Origin: Octopus vulgaris
Taxonomy: Eukaryota
DNA length: 64,000 bases
Reading direction: 5' to 3'
Assembly: GCA_951406725.2 (NCBI GenBank)
Contig: OX597824.1
Location: 29,264,001 to 29,328,000 of the forward strand
This document shows, one piece after another, positions 1-12,701 of this stretch (positions are counted from its first letter, which is position 1; the number at the start of each line of letters is the position of its first letter). A program made the position numbers and the translations under genes. The notes beneath the pieces were generated by a model, which worked only from the letters and a program-made list of their open reading frames with translations, made no database searches and was not told the origin of the DNA.

Positions 1-264
1 CAAGACATTTTGTAATGAACGTCATTAGCTTATACCTGTTTCTGCTATAAGATGCAATGCGCTCATAGTTCAGTGCATGTATATCACGTTATGGCTTCGT
101 CAGAACTTCGATAAGGAAGTGCAATTTTTTTTGGGTAGTATTTATGTCAATGGAAAACATCAACAAAATCTTGAATCAAATTTGAAGGTAAAATGCTATA
201 GTTAGATTAACCAAGATATTATATATTTTATTTTAATAATCCCTTTAAATATAGTTTATACATA

Positions 265-330
265 ATCTACATTAATAAAAGCGAAATTCTGTCAGTCCGT
301 CTGAGACCCCTGTATCTCAGTCTACATGTG
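265..330 (+). mobile_element. Possible 5' end of a non-autonomous Helitron-like element
   Basis: A|TCTACATTAATAAAAGCGAAATTCTGTCAGTCCGTCTG resembles the TC start plus (GTCT/GTCC) microsatellite seed of non-autonomous Helitrons. No convincing 3' CTRR|T end was found. Confidence 0.3.
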
Positions 331-652
331 CTCTACATAGACATATTATATCTTTTTAGAATCAGGATGATCCCAGGATTGGAAATCTGCCATTCATCTG
401 GTTCTTGAACATACAGCATTGGGATCTGATTTAAAAGTATTTGAGTTGCTGTTTCTAGCAGCTAAAGCTTGGCTAATTCACGCCATCCTGGTTGGCATTT
501 GTCAGATGACGTCAGAGATCAAGGAGGATATAATTGATATTTGCTTCGTTAATTTTCCGTCGAAGTAAGAACTTTGGGATATATTGGCCAACAGTTGGAA
601 TTCAACTTGGGATTGGAACAATAGAATGACTGCGCTACCGAATTAGTTCCCA

Positions 653-879
653 TTTTTTTTATTGCCCCAAAAGGGCTTAACATAAATGGGAAAAACAAGG
701 ACAGACAAAGGGATTAAGTCGATTATATCGACCCTAGTGCATAACTGCTACTTAATTTATCGACCCTGAAATGATGAAAGTCGACCTTGGCGGAATTTGA
801 ACTCAGAACGTAAAGAGAGACGAAATACTGCTAAGCATTTCATCCGGCGTGCTAACGTTTCTGCCAAGTTCGCCGCCTT
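653..879 (-). mobile_element. SINE family A, full-length monomer with TSD
   Basis: tRNA-like head (A-box TGGCAGAAACG, B-box GAGTTCAAATTCC); family central domain GTCGACTTTGCCTTTCATCCTTTCGGGGTCGATAAATTAAGTACC (partly deleted in this copy) resembles the Meta/MESC SINE domain as I recall it. Imperfect 15-bp TSD CCGAATTAGTTCCCA (638-652) / CCGAATTAATTCTCA (880-894). Confidence 0.85.
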
Positions 880-1381
880 CCGAATTAATTCTCAACCGTC
901 CTCAACCTCTGATCAAACACCACCGGGGAATATAGTCATTATAGACTATTATTGTCATGCTATTTAACTGTCCTAAATTTTGGGACGTACGGAGTGCGGC
1001 TTTTAAGCTAATTAACTCTAAAATTCTTTATCGGCCGTTGATTTCCTACGGTTACCTAGAAGTGATATTAATAGTAATTATGTTAATCTACAATATACTG
1101 CTAGGTAATATTGTTTTATGGCTGCTAAGTTCATTCGAACTTTAGGTAAGCCGATCTTTTGGCAGGTTTGTGATTCAATATTTTGCCGACGGTACACACG
1201 AGAGTGCTACGTATCTGGTTCCTAAGAAATCAGTATCAAGGTAAGACTATATGCCCCGCACTCTTAAGCGAAATAAATCATTTTCGGTTGTTTTTCTACG
1301 AAAGAAATTACAATTGCAGCCAAATATCCACATGCATAACACACTCACACAAACACTCACTCACACGTTAACAACCAACCA

Positions 1382-1418
<37 letters not shown>

Positions 1419-1464
1419 CACAAGCACAAACACACATACACACGCATACACGCACACATGCACA

Positions 1465-1836
1465 ATAGTGAAAGAGCTGGTTTCTAACCTAGATCCAAGG
1501 CTATTTCACTGGAATTTCAACAACATCAAAAGTATTTTTGCATGCATATATGTATATGAGCAGTATATGGAGTCAACGCATGCGCTGATTGGTATGTTTT
1601 GTTCTATGCATGTGTTCCCATACCTACTGTTGCATGTCTAGACAAGGGCACATATACTTAAATAATAAACTTCTGGGAAGTTTTGTATGTGTGTTTGTAT
1701 GTATGTATGTATGTATGTATATATGTATGCATGTGTGTTATTCAGTTTATATCAACATTTCTTGCAATAGAGAAAGAACCGGTTCCTAACCTAGATCCAA
1801 GGCTCCTTCATTGGAATTTCAGCATCAACAACAGGG
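1465..1836. repeat. Two copies of a ~65-bp dispersed repeat abutting (CA)n/(TATG)n
   Basis: GAAAGA..GGTT.CTAACCTAGATCCAAGGCT..TTCA.TGGAATTTCA.CA.CA occurs at ~1470-1530 and ~1771-1836. Confidence 0.75.
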
Positions 1837-1981
1837 TATGTATGTATGCATGTACGTATGCATGTATGTATGTATGTATGTATGTATGTATGTATGTATG
1901 TATGTATGTATGCATGTATGCATGCATGTATGTATGTATGTATGTATGTATGTATGTATGTATGTATGCATGTTTGTATGT
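1837..1981. repeat. (TATG)n microsatellite
   Basis: Direct reading; source of the MYVC/HTYI pseudo-ORFs. Confidence 0.95.
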
Positions 1982-2892
1982 AAGGGTTGTGCACTGGCAG
2001 AATCTGTAGAGTGTTCCCCAAAATGTCTTACATATGGCTACATTTCTTTCTGTTTTTCAATTCAAATTCCGGTGAAGTCGACTTAACTATTCTTCCCGAC
2101 ATCGTCGATGAAATTAATACTAGTCAAATACTGGATAATACTTCCAATCCAGCAAATGCTTGGGGCTTCGTGTGAACGCATCTATACTGGATTATCATGG
2201 CTGTTTGGTTCCACAAAACATCGTGTTCCATAATTCTGTGGTAAATTAATATTAGAATATGTGGAGAAGAATAGGTTTCGTTCCGAGACCTGGAGTTGTC
2301 CTGAGCTCTCGTGGATGGTCACATAATGCTATTTTGCAGACCAAGCGGAATCATTGACTGATTTCCGACCCGTGTTATCACAGATCAATTCGTGATCAAG
2401 CGAAAAATGGTTCACAATTGAGCGTACTGTCTTATCTTGGTTCAGTGATGAATGAATTAGTGATAAAACGAAGACAGCTGTATTATAAATGATTATTCTA
2501 TTTTTTAGAAAAGAAAATATATCATTTTGGATTCAATTACTTGGTTAACATTTGTTCGAGTACTGAAAAGCAAGATTGATTCCGACAGCTCGAACAGGGT
2601 TTCGTCCCATAATTTTGCAATCGTTCAATCAATCGAAGTAAGAAGTTCATTGAATTAGATATTAATCCTTTCGTTGTTATAATTCTGCTAAAATAATACC
2701 CTGTCTTTGTTTCTTTAATTTTAAAAATAATGAACAATTTATTAAAATATTATCGATGTACTTTCCTGGTAATTTTATCCAAGACCGATTATTGAAACAT
2801 AAACAATTACACAGAAGAAGATACATATTAGCTACGCTTGAAGTTAACAACTTTTGTGTGGTTTTTGATTGGTTAATATAATTTCAGAGGTG

Positions 2893-3860
2893 AAGGCGGC
2901 GAGCTGGCAGAAACGTTAACACGCCGGGCGAAATGCTTTGCGATATTTCGTCTGCCGCTACGTTCTGAATTCAAATTCTGCCGAGGTCGACTTTACCTTC
3001 CATACTTTCGGGGTCGATAAATTAAGTACCAGTTACGCACTGGGGTCGATGTAATCGAATTAATCTCTTTGTCTGTTCATGTTTGTCCCCGCTATGTTTA
3101 CCCCCTTGTGGGCAATAAAGAAATAAGAATCGTTAACACGCCTCACAAAATGCTTAGCGGCGTTTCGTTCATCGCTGCGTTTTGAGTTCAAATTCTGCCG
3201 AGGTCGACTTTGTCTTTCATGATTTCAGGATCAATAAAATAAATACCATTTGTGGGCTGGGGTTGATGTAATCCACTTTCTTCTTTCACCGAACTTGCTG
3301 GCCTTGTGCCAAGATTTGAAACCAATATGTTGTCAGATCTCATAGCAGCCAGCTGACAGAATCGTTAGCACTCCAGGTGAAATGCTTAGCGGCGCTTCGT
3401 CCGTCTTTACGATCCGAGTTCAAATTTTGCCGAGGTTGATTTTGTCTTTCATACATTCGAGGAGGGTATAAAAAAAATAATACCATTTCAACAATGGGAT
3501 CGATATAATCAATTATCTCCGTACCCCAAAATTTCAGCCTTGTGCCTTTAAAGATAATTCCAGTAGTAATAATAACCCTTTGTATTAAGGATTAGTAATC
3601 CTTAATACAAAGTATCATTATTACTGCTGGAAGAGTGGTGAGCTGGCAGAATCGTTACGGTGTCGGACGAAAGGCTTTGCGTCATTTTTTCCCAACACTT
3701 CACAGTTTGGTTTCAAATACTGCTGACGTCGACTTTATCTTTCATCCTTTCAGAATCGATAAAATAAGTACCAGTAAAGTACTGGTGGCGGGGGTCGATC
3801 TAATTGGCTGAGACCACACCCACTAAAATCACTGACCTTCTATCCCAATTCAGAATAATT
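2893..3860 (+). mobile_element. Cluster of four same-orientation SINE A copies
   Basis: Heads at ~2893, ~3127, ~3347 and ~3634, each followed by TTCAAAT..GCCGAGGTCGACTTT..CTTTCAT and a tail; the later copies are more diverged than the first. Confidence 0.85.
3558..3632. repeat. Near-perfect palindrome, 37-bp arms around a 1-nt centre
   Basis: Inner arms CTTTGTATTAAGGATTA / TAATCCTTAATACAAAG are perfect (17 bp, centre G3595); outer arms TTCCAGTAGTAATAAT / ATTATTACTGCTGGAA are near-perfect. Confidence 0.9.
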
Positions 3861-4179
3861 ATTGTTATGGGAAAAGCAGAAACTTAGCTGCTCTTAAGTC
3901 TTTAACAGAATTACGTAATGCGATTGTGGTTGTCTATACTTATGTATACTCTCTGTATACCTGAAATTATGTGGGCACTGAGATAATAGCGCGTTAAAGT
4001 GTAAGGTGGTGTATGGATCTTATGATGTAACTGAACACTGGCAAATCAAACTCACAGACGCAGTTTCAATTCCCGGTTGTAATTACTTCACTTAACTGAC
4101 ACTTTTTGATGCCTTTGGAAATCGCGATAACAGTGACAGAATCACGTTTCCTCACCGCTTTTTACATCTTGTATTTTTT

Positions 4180-4498
4180 TGTGGATGATAATGATGATGA
4201 TGGTGATATGGGGAGGATGAGGGGGAGGGGGAGGGGGGAGACGATGGTAGGTGTGGCTGGGGGGGTGTTGGAATGATGTTAAGGAGGCTAATGGATATGG
4301 TAATGGCGACAGTTATGTCGGTAACACGACGAAGGCGACGACGACGACGACAACGATGATGAAGATGATGATGGTGATGATGATGGTGATGATGATGATG
4401 ACGACGACGATGATTATGATTATGACATAAATATAATAACAATAATAACAATAATAATAATAATGATGATAATAATAATAATAATAATCATAATAATC

Positions 4499-4584
<86 letters not shown>

Positions 4585-4585
4585 A
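4180..4585. repeat. Compound trinucleotide microsatellite (GAT/GAC/AAT)n
   Basis: Direct reading. Confidence 0.9.
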
Positions 4586-5436
4586 TTAAGGCAATTAAGT
4601 AATTTCTCGACAGTGTTTAGACAAATGTGATGTGCATTATTAGCAATCCTCATTATCAATCTCCACAGAACTTACTCAAGTTTCGCTGAAATGCACAACG
4701 TTCACTATCAGAGTTTACGCACACACACGCACACATACACACGCACACACATACACATACACACAAACGAGTCCCAAGAGGTGTTAGATTTTCTGCAAAT
4801 AGAAGTTGTACCTTTGCATCGTTTTGTATATAAGTAATTAATGTAAAATTAGCAAATCCCCTTCGGTGTTAAAGCTTCTTCCTACTGCTTGCTTATCAAG
4901 ATTATCTATAGCATACGAACTGATAATGCAGCATGGTTAGGGTGGGAAATGGAAATACATACTAAACGGGAATGAAGGAAGCAAGCAAGGAAAAAATATA
5001 CGAGATGAAAGGGAAAAGAGAATAAAAAAAATCGTAGAGCTAAAAGACATTTGGAAGTAAATATGAAAATACGTAGCAAAAAAATGGATCAGAAAGTAAT
5101 GTAACTAAGAGTTAAAGATATAGAATTATAAATGTTATAAAGCTAGAAAGAAAGGTAGAAAGTTTATTATTAGCGCTGTCGCGTCATTGAAAACTGAATC
5201 TTTGGATTCCCATGAAATAAATTGCAGGCAATTACGAGAATTAATTTTCCTCCTGAGATTTCGCTACCTGTAGTTTCGCCTCGTGTGGGTAAAACGGGTT
5301 TTCCTCTTTATTTTGATAAAAAGTTTGCAACTGTGAACGCGTATGGCTGAGTCAGGAGAGAGTGAAAGAAGGGGATAGGCAGGGAAAAGGAAGTATGTCC
5401 GTTGGTTTCGTTTGCGTTCGAGGTGGATAAGGTGTT

Positions 5437-5705
5437 GCATGGCCTAGTGGATAAGGTGTTGCATTCATGATATTCATGATCGTACGATCGGGGTTTCGAT
5501 TCCCGGACCGAGTGATGCGTTGTGTTCTTGGGCAAAACACTTCATTTCATGCTGTTCCCACTTCATTGCATCTGTAAAATGAGTAACCCTGCGACGGACT
5601 GGTTTCCCGCTTAGAGTGAGGAATTTTGTAATCTCGGTCACTTGCCTGCAATGGAACCCGAATAACCGGTCCTATGCGTCTTACGGCTGAAATACACTCT
5701 ACCAC
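5437..5705 (+). mobile_element. Diverged tRNA-headed SINE (group C-related) with V-domain-like segment
   Basis: TGGCCTAGTGG...GGTTTCGATTCCC head; TGTGTTCTTGGGCAAAACACTT; GAGTAACCCTGCGACGGACTGG resembles the V-SINE conserved domain. Confidence 0.7.
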
Positions 5706-6115
5706 CCTTATGTGTGCGTGTGTGAGTATTTGGGGAAAAAGAACCATATTGATTTTAAATTTTGGCACAAGGCCAGCAATTTCAGGAGTGGGCTTAAGTG
5801 GATTACATCAACCTAAGAGATAGCGAATCATATTGCCAATAAAATAACACGCACTGTTTCGGGTTGATTGTTAATTAATTAATTAATTAATTAATCAATA
5901 AGATATTTAATTGATTACTTTGCCATAAAATTTTCGCCAAACTACTGCGGATCTTTTAATGATTTCAATGATTTCGTTCCATTGCAACAGATTTTCATTT
6001 TTTTTTCTTTTGCATTTATGTTTTTAAACTTCTGTGTGTTTGAGTGTTGAGAACCCATTCTTCCAGTTCGTTACTAACGTATCTATCTATCTGCCTGTCT
6101 GTCTGTTTGTCTGGT

Positions 6116-6116
<1 letters not shown>

Positions 6117-6153
<37 letters not shown>

Positions 6154-6200
6154 GGTTTGGATATGTATATGTATATGTATATATATATTAGAAGGTTTGG

Positions 6201-6248
<48 letters not shown>

Positions 6249-6256
6249 AGGTTTGG

Positions 6257-6305
<49 letters not shown>

Positions 6306-6378
6306 CATACATACATACATACATACATACATACATACATACATACATACATACATACATACATACATACATACATAC
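6117..6378. repeat. (TA)n/(TACA)n array punctuated by three AGAAGGTTTGGATATGTA motifs
   Basis: Motif at ~6150, ~6190 and ~6246, separated by TA/TATG runs. Confidence 0.9.
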
Positions 6379-6842
6379 ACGGATATGTGTATGTATTCTT
6401 CTCTTATTCTTTCCCTTGTTTCCCTCAATGGATCGCGGCCATGCGGGGTTCCCGCCTTAAAGTGTTTAATGGATCGAATCGATCCTAGTAATTGCTTGAA
6501 TTGTTTTATGTTCGGCTTTTCTGGCGAAGAGATCCGTTAAAAGCCAACCCCGATTGTTAACATAACACAGACAACAAAAGAGACACAGTCACACACATAC
6601 AAATACACATGCATTCAGATACAAAAAACTTTTAAAAGGTTATATGGTTACGTGGGAGTAAATATATATTGGTTACAAATTTTGTCACAAGGCCAGCAAT
6701 TAGTGATGGGGGTTAGTCGATTGCATTAACTCTGATGTTCAATTGATACTTATTTCATCGACTCCGAAATTTGAACTCAGGAGTAAGTCGGGTGAAAAGC
6801 TACTGAGCATTTTGCCCGGTGAGGTATACTTTTCTGTCAGCT

Positions 6843-6990
6843 CCCCGTAACCTAGCGGTTCGGCAAAAGAGGCCGGTAGACTAAGTACTAGGCTTCCAAA
6901 GAATAAGTCCTGGTGTCGATCTACTCGACTAAAGAGCAGTGCTCCAGCATGGCCGCAGTCAAATGACTGAAATAAGTTAAAGAGTAAAAA
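6843..6990 (+). mobile_element. SINE family B, 3' half
   Basis: CCCCGTAACCTAGCGGTTCGGCAAAAGAG...GCTCCAGCATGGCCGCAGTCAAATGACTGAAA, matching the full-length copy at 63425. Confidence 0.85.
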
Positions 6991-7489
6991 AGTATAGGAT
7001 GAAAAATAAACAAAGAAATGTAAAGCAGATAATTTCATTTAACAGATACAGGTACAAAATAATGCACTTTTGACCCCTATTAATCCTGTATCTTTGATCC
7101 CTAATCATCCTGTTAAAAATGTAAATCCGCGCTCAAGCACCTTTGCTGAGTCTCTTAACTAACTCTACTTTCTTCGCTATGCTGAGCGTTAAATGTTTTC
7201 TTTTCGGTTTTCCACTAACACGCTGCCGTTATGCTGGCCTCTTAGACATGGTAATAAATAAAAAAAATATAATAAATTAAGACAAATACCTACTTAACTG
7301 TGAGAGGAGGGCGTCCGCACAGCTGCAGTCACACAGGAACAAGGTGTCGTGTGACGCATGCGCCACAGAAACCAAAACAAAGCGGCCGCGCGGCGGACTA
7401 TTACAGCCAGCGAAATTTAAAGCTAACCAGTTTCAAAAATAGACGGATTTCTGGATTCAGGATAAGAAATCGATGTATATATACGTATA

Positions 7490-7650
<161 letters not shown>

Positions 7651-7656
7651 ACAAAA

Positions 7657-7788
7657 ATTATCGTTAAACTCTATGATTATGAGCATAATTATAATTAGGG
7701 TTCAGCAAAAATTTGCTTCACCACATACCGAAATTTTTGCTGAAGCCTAATTATAATTATACTCATAATTATAGAGTTTAACGATAAT
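7657..7788. repeat. 58-bp inverted repeat with 16-nt spacer, within a unit embedded in (TA)n
   Basis: Arms 7657-7714 and 7731-7788 differ at 3 positions; spacer GCTTCACCACATACCG. Confidence 0.92.
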
Positions 7789-7861
7789 AGTTCTTTTAAC
7801 AAACCGAACTACTTGGTAAAATTATTAATTATTAATTAATTAATTTTACCCTTTATTATTA

Positions 7862-7897
<36 letters not shown>

Positions 7898-7900
<3 letters not shown>

Positions 7901-8720
7901 CGTTTGTCTTAATTTATAGGAGGAATTTGATCATATAAAAACCTTAAATAGTCTTGGCTATTAATTCTCCTATGAAGGGAAGCCATTAGACCGGCTGTTT
8001 CCAAGATATAAAACCCCCAGCTAATCACAGATCCTCTTCCATATGTAACAGCTGGAAGAAGGCAGTCTGGACCAAATACTTCTCTTGGCTGTCTCCACAC
8101 ATATACTCGGGTATATGTCCGAGGAAATAACATTCATCCACTTCTCTAGAGACCAATTCTGTATGTTTTTACTCCACTCTAAACGCTTTGCAACGTTTGT
8201 TTTTGAAAGTAATGGTTTTCTGATTGCAGCCCTCCTGTGAAATCCGGATTTGTGCAACTCCCGGCGAACAGTTTTTGTGAAAACTGGCTTCTCAAGGTGA
8301 TCATTAAGCTCTGCAGTGATTTTGAGAGCTGTACTTTTGTGATCCTTTCTAAACAATTTGCAAAAGAATCCGACGGTCCCTTTCTGAAAGTGTTGGTTTT
8401 CTTCCGGAGTTTGTTTCGACGAGAAGGTTTTTCCCTCTTTCTCAAAAGCTATCATTACTTTTCGGCTGTTTTTGTTACACTAGCGACTGCGATACGAGCA
8501 CTAATAATCTGACCTCTTTGAAAGTCCGACAGATCTGCCATTTTAATGAATTTTATTTACCTTTTTCTGATGATATCTGAAAAGAAACAGCAATTTTTGT
8601 AAAACATTAAACAACACTAATAATAAAACAAAAAACATAAAAATAAACAAGCTTTTGACGGTTCTATAGATATTTCAAAATTATGATACTAGGTATTACC
8701 ATTATTTTGTTCAACCCCTG
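7898..8720 (-). mobile_element. Tc1-family DNA transposon, 3'-truncated, transposase pseudogene
   Basis: TA + left TIR CAGGGGTTGAACAAAATAATGG starting at 8720; ATG at 8541 (MADLSDFQRGQII); TVRRELHKSGFHRRAAIRKPLLSKTNVAKRLEWSK..W..VISSD and VWRQP..PDCLLPAVTYGRGSVISWG are classic Tc1 motifs. Stops and frameshifts are present. Confidence 0.93.
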
Positions 8721-9283
8721 TATGTATGTATGTATTATGTATGTATGTATGTATGTATGTATGTATGTATGTATGTATGTATGTATGTATGTATGTATGT
8801 ATGCATGTATGCAGGCATGCATGTACGTATGTATATATGTATGCATGTATGCATGTATATATCTTAATATAATCAACTTCTTGCTATCTATGTACATGTA
8901 TGTATATAGAAACACATATAAAAAAATGTATGTATCTAAGTGTGCAAATGTATATATTCCTGCATGTATATGTACGTGTATATATATACGTATAACTATG
9001 TGAGTGTATGTCGGTGTGTCTGTGTATATGTGTGACATGTACCTCAGAGAGTTGAAGAACCTGTAGGCGATTCTCTGAGTAATACGGAAGTCCATTACCA
9101 TGGACCAGATGGAGTTCTGGTTTTGAACTTTCTTTGGTCCGGTAGAGGGAAGATAAATGGAAGTTATTCCTGTCTATATATAAACACTCAAACGGGAAAA
9201 GCACATGGAAACAGTCTGTGAAAAAGATAAAACGAAAAAAATTATCACATATTTTTTAACGCATGTTCACCACATGTCTTTAT

Positions 9284-9353
<70 letters not shown>

Positions 9354-9438
9354 GTCTATGTATGTATGTATCTATCTATCTATCTACCTATCAATGCATC
9401 TCACTCTCTCACGGTCTCTCTTCCCTCTCTATATACAC

Positions 9439-10235
9439 GTATGAGTGTGGCGTGGTTCACAGGCTGACTAAGGAGTTATCATATAGTAATTAAACTTGGC
9501 ATGCATTAAATGCAACTTTTACTGATGCTAGCTGTATTTTTTCTTTCCTGATATATCCACATTAGATACAGAATTGAAGACTTGGAAAAGTTGTGCTAGA
9601 GACGTTTCGTGAAAATGGATAAAATTTGGCACCGCGGTGTTATCAAATATCTACAGAAAAGGGGGTTAGCCCCCAAGGACATTCATGCTGACATAGTTTC
9701 TAGATGAGGGGATGATGCTCCAGCTTTATCAACTGTGCAAAAGCGGGTAGCTGAATTCAAGAGGGGTAGGGAGAGTCTTGAACATGACTAAAGATTCCGA
9801 CATCCTGTCACAGCCACAACCCAAGAAATTGACCGTGTTCATCACATGGTGACGGATGACAAACGTTTACATGTTATTCAGACGAAGGAGGTTTGTTTCA
9901 TCAGGACAATACTTCGGCACACAAGACTGTGCGCAACTGTGGCTTTGAACTCATTGATCACCCTCCATATTATATGATATGGAACTATCTGACTATTTTC
10001 TCTTCCCCAACATGAAAAAACATTTGGCTGGGAAGCAGTATCGGACCGATGATGAGGTCATATCTGCTGTTGAGATTTTTCTTCAAGGTCAGGATGAAAG
10101 CTTCTATACCACGGGAAACCAAGTGATGCAACACTGATGGAAGAAGTGTATGGACCCTACGTCGAAAAATCAAACATATTTGGTCGAGTTCGACCATTGC
10201 ATCGTATTCAGCTTAGGAACTTTTAGTCCACCCTC
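9439..10235 (+). mobile_element. mariner-family (DD34D) transposon remnant, internally deleted
   Basis: From ATG 9615: MDKIWHRGVIKYLQKRGLAPKDIHAD..STVQKRVAEFKRGRESLEHD. After a deletion: FHQDN...ELIDHPPY..D...SDYFLFPNMKKHLAG...W.KC. Degenerate TIR remnants at both ends. Confidence 0.92.
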
Positions 10236-10505
10236 TTTTTGTCATCTGTGATTTTAATTTTGATCTTCTATATAAATGAAGATATTTCCTCCGTCTGGCT
10301 GTTTTTCTTGCTACAAAACGGAAAGTTACATTGCGGAACAGTCATTTAACGATTTGTATTTATTTATCACCCAACGAGATACATCACCGGATACTCCAGA
10401 ACCAGTTGTTGAGTGTCCCACCCAAGAGCAATCGATGCTAGATGTGCGGAAACATGTCGTGATTAATAATAAATTTCCGTATATTCCATCATCTTTCTTT
10501 CATTT

Positions 10506-10552
<47 letters not shown>

Positions 10553-10556
10553 CTCT

Positions 10557-10607
<51 letters not shown>

Positions 10608-10647
10608 CACACACACAAACAAACATATATATGTATATATTGTATAT

Positions 10648-11222
10648 GCGACGGGCTTCTTTCAGTTTCAGTGAAACAAATCCACTGACAAGGCTTTCGG
10701 CAACCTGCGGCTGTCGTAGAAGATATTTGTTCGGAATACCATGCAACAGAACTGAACCGACAACCATGTAGTTGCGAAGCAAACTTTTATTTCTTTATTG
10801 CCCATAAGGGGCTAAATATAGAGGGGACAAACAAGAATATACAAAGGGGTTAAGTCGATTATATCGACCCCAGTGCGTAACAGGTACTTAATTTATCGAC
10901 TCCGAAATGATGAAAGGCAAAGTTGACCCCGGCGGAATTTGAACTCAGAACGTTGCGGCAGACGAAATACCTATTTCTTTACTACCCACAAGGGGCTAAA
11001 CACAGTGAGGACAAACAAGGACAGACAAACTGATTAAGTCGAGTATATCGACCCCAGTAAGTAACTGGTACTTAATTTATCGACCCCGAAAGGATGAAAG
11101 GCAAAGTCGACCTCGGCGGAATTTGAACTCAGAACGTAGTGGCAGACGAAGTACCGCTAAGCATTTCGCCCGGCGTGCTAACGTTTCTACCAGCTCGCCT
11201 TACCACACAGACACGCCTGCAC
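10648..11222 (-). mobile_element. SINE B head region interrupted by a SINE A dimer
   Basis: B sequence runs 10648-10786 and resumes at ~11200 (TTACCACACAGACACGCCTGC). Confidence 0.8.
10787..11201 (-). mobile_element. SINE A dimer (one head plus an extra ~184-bp unit)
   Basis: Internal junction GACGAAATACC|TATTTCTTT at 10961-10980; the equivalent head position is 11145. Confidence 0.9.
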
Positions 11223-11599
11223 CTAAACACACACACACACACATACACACAGATATTCAGACGGACAGAGAGATATGTCATGTGCATCTATTGTTATAAC
11301 ATTTGTTTCTCGAAACATAAAACTGAAGATCGTTGGCAATGATGTTATGTAATATCAGGTTTGTTTTATGTTAAATATTCTCACAGATTTCATTGAAATT
11401 TCTTGAAGAATATTTCAAGTTGTCTGTTTATTTTACAACTGAAGTAAAATTATATCCAGTTGTACTGCAACACATATTGTTGCGATATAAGCGCTCATTA
11501 TATATTGCTAACACCTTTCCTCTATCCCTCTCTCTCTCCCCCAATCGGTTTGGCTGTGTATGCATATGTGTGTATATCTATCTGTCTATCTATCTATCT

Positions 11600-11643
11600 A
11601 CACATACTCACACACAAATATATATATGTATGTATGTGCATAC

Positions 11644-11700
<57 letters not shown>

Positions 11701-11932
11701 TATATATATGCCTTAGTAGATAAAATTATATATACACATATATGCAAGCATATATATACACGTGTATGTGTATACTTTTATATATGTATGATAACACGTG
11801 CATATGCTTAGTACTAAAATTTTTTGCCTCACACGCATACATACCCATATATAAACATAAAGTTATACATTTTGCAGTATATAAATGTGTGTGCATGAGA
11901 GTGTGAGCGTGTGTGTGCTTATATACATATAC

Positions 11933-12007
<75 letters not shown>

Positions 12008-12111
12008 TATGTATATATGTATATATATATAAGTATATATATATGTCTATATACATGTATATATATATATATAAGAATATATTTATATATATGTTTATAT
12101 ATATATATAAG

Positions 12112-12148
<37 letters not shown>

Positions 12149-12181
12149 ATGTATTGTATACATATGTATATCATATGTATG

Positions 12182-12231
<50 letters not shown>

Positions 12232-12300
12232 TATATATATATATATATGTATGCATATATATATATATATATTATATACCCCCACACATATCTGTATGTA
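11600..12300. repeat. Degenerate (TA)n/(TG)n low-complexity block
   Basis: Direct reading; source of the YI-rich pseudo-ORFs. Confidence 0.9.
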
Positions 12301-12660
12301 TGTATATTTGTTTTGTGTGTATAACAACGTTTATACTAACATTTGTTGTAGCTTTATCTGTTTCTCACCAGTCGCACACATCTCCTTCATAGATAGCCCC
12401 CGAAACCTTAATGTCAAAACCACACTAACATACAGCTGGGGAACACATTTGCATTTTTGGCTTTTCAAATTATTTCACATCCTACATTCCCAGTGCACGT
12501 GAATAAATTTCCTTGTGTAACATAAGCAAACATTTGCCATAAAAACACACACACGTACATACCTATACACATACGTAGACACACACACATACGTACGCAC
12601 ACTCATGCATACGCACATCATAGAATGTTACTCACACACACACAAACATACACAAACACA

Positions 12661-12701
<41 letters not shown>

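Noticed and set aside
25-110. CTGACGA...GAAACAGGTA on the - strand
   Set aside because: Stems I and II do not pair in register.
1030-1062. Helitron 3' end (CCGT..ACGG hairpin + CTAG)
   Set aside because: The hairpin is only 4 bp and CTAG is not followed by the expected T.
2537-2737. Possible - strand coding exon with AG/GT boundaries
   Set aside because: The peptide is unrecognisable, the splice signals are weak and no partner exons were found.
6147-6265. CRISPR-like repeat-spacer pattern
   Set aside because: The spacers are TA microsatellite, there are only three repeats, the context is eukaryotic and no cas genes are present.
11863-12502. YIYI/MYVC/HTHT/LSIY-type ORFs here and throughout the window
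   Set aside because: They are translations of (TA)n, (TATG)n, (CA)n and (TCTA)n microsatellites.
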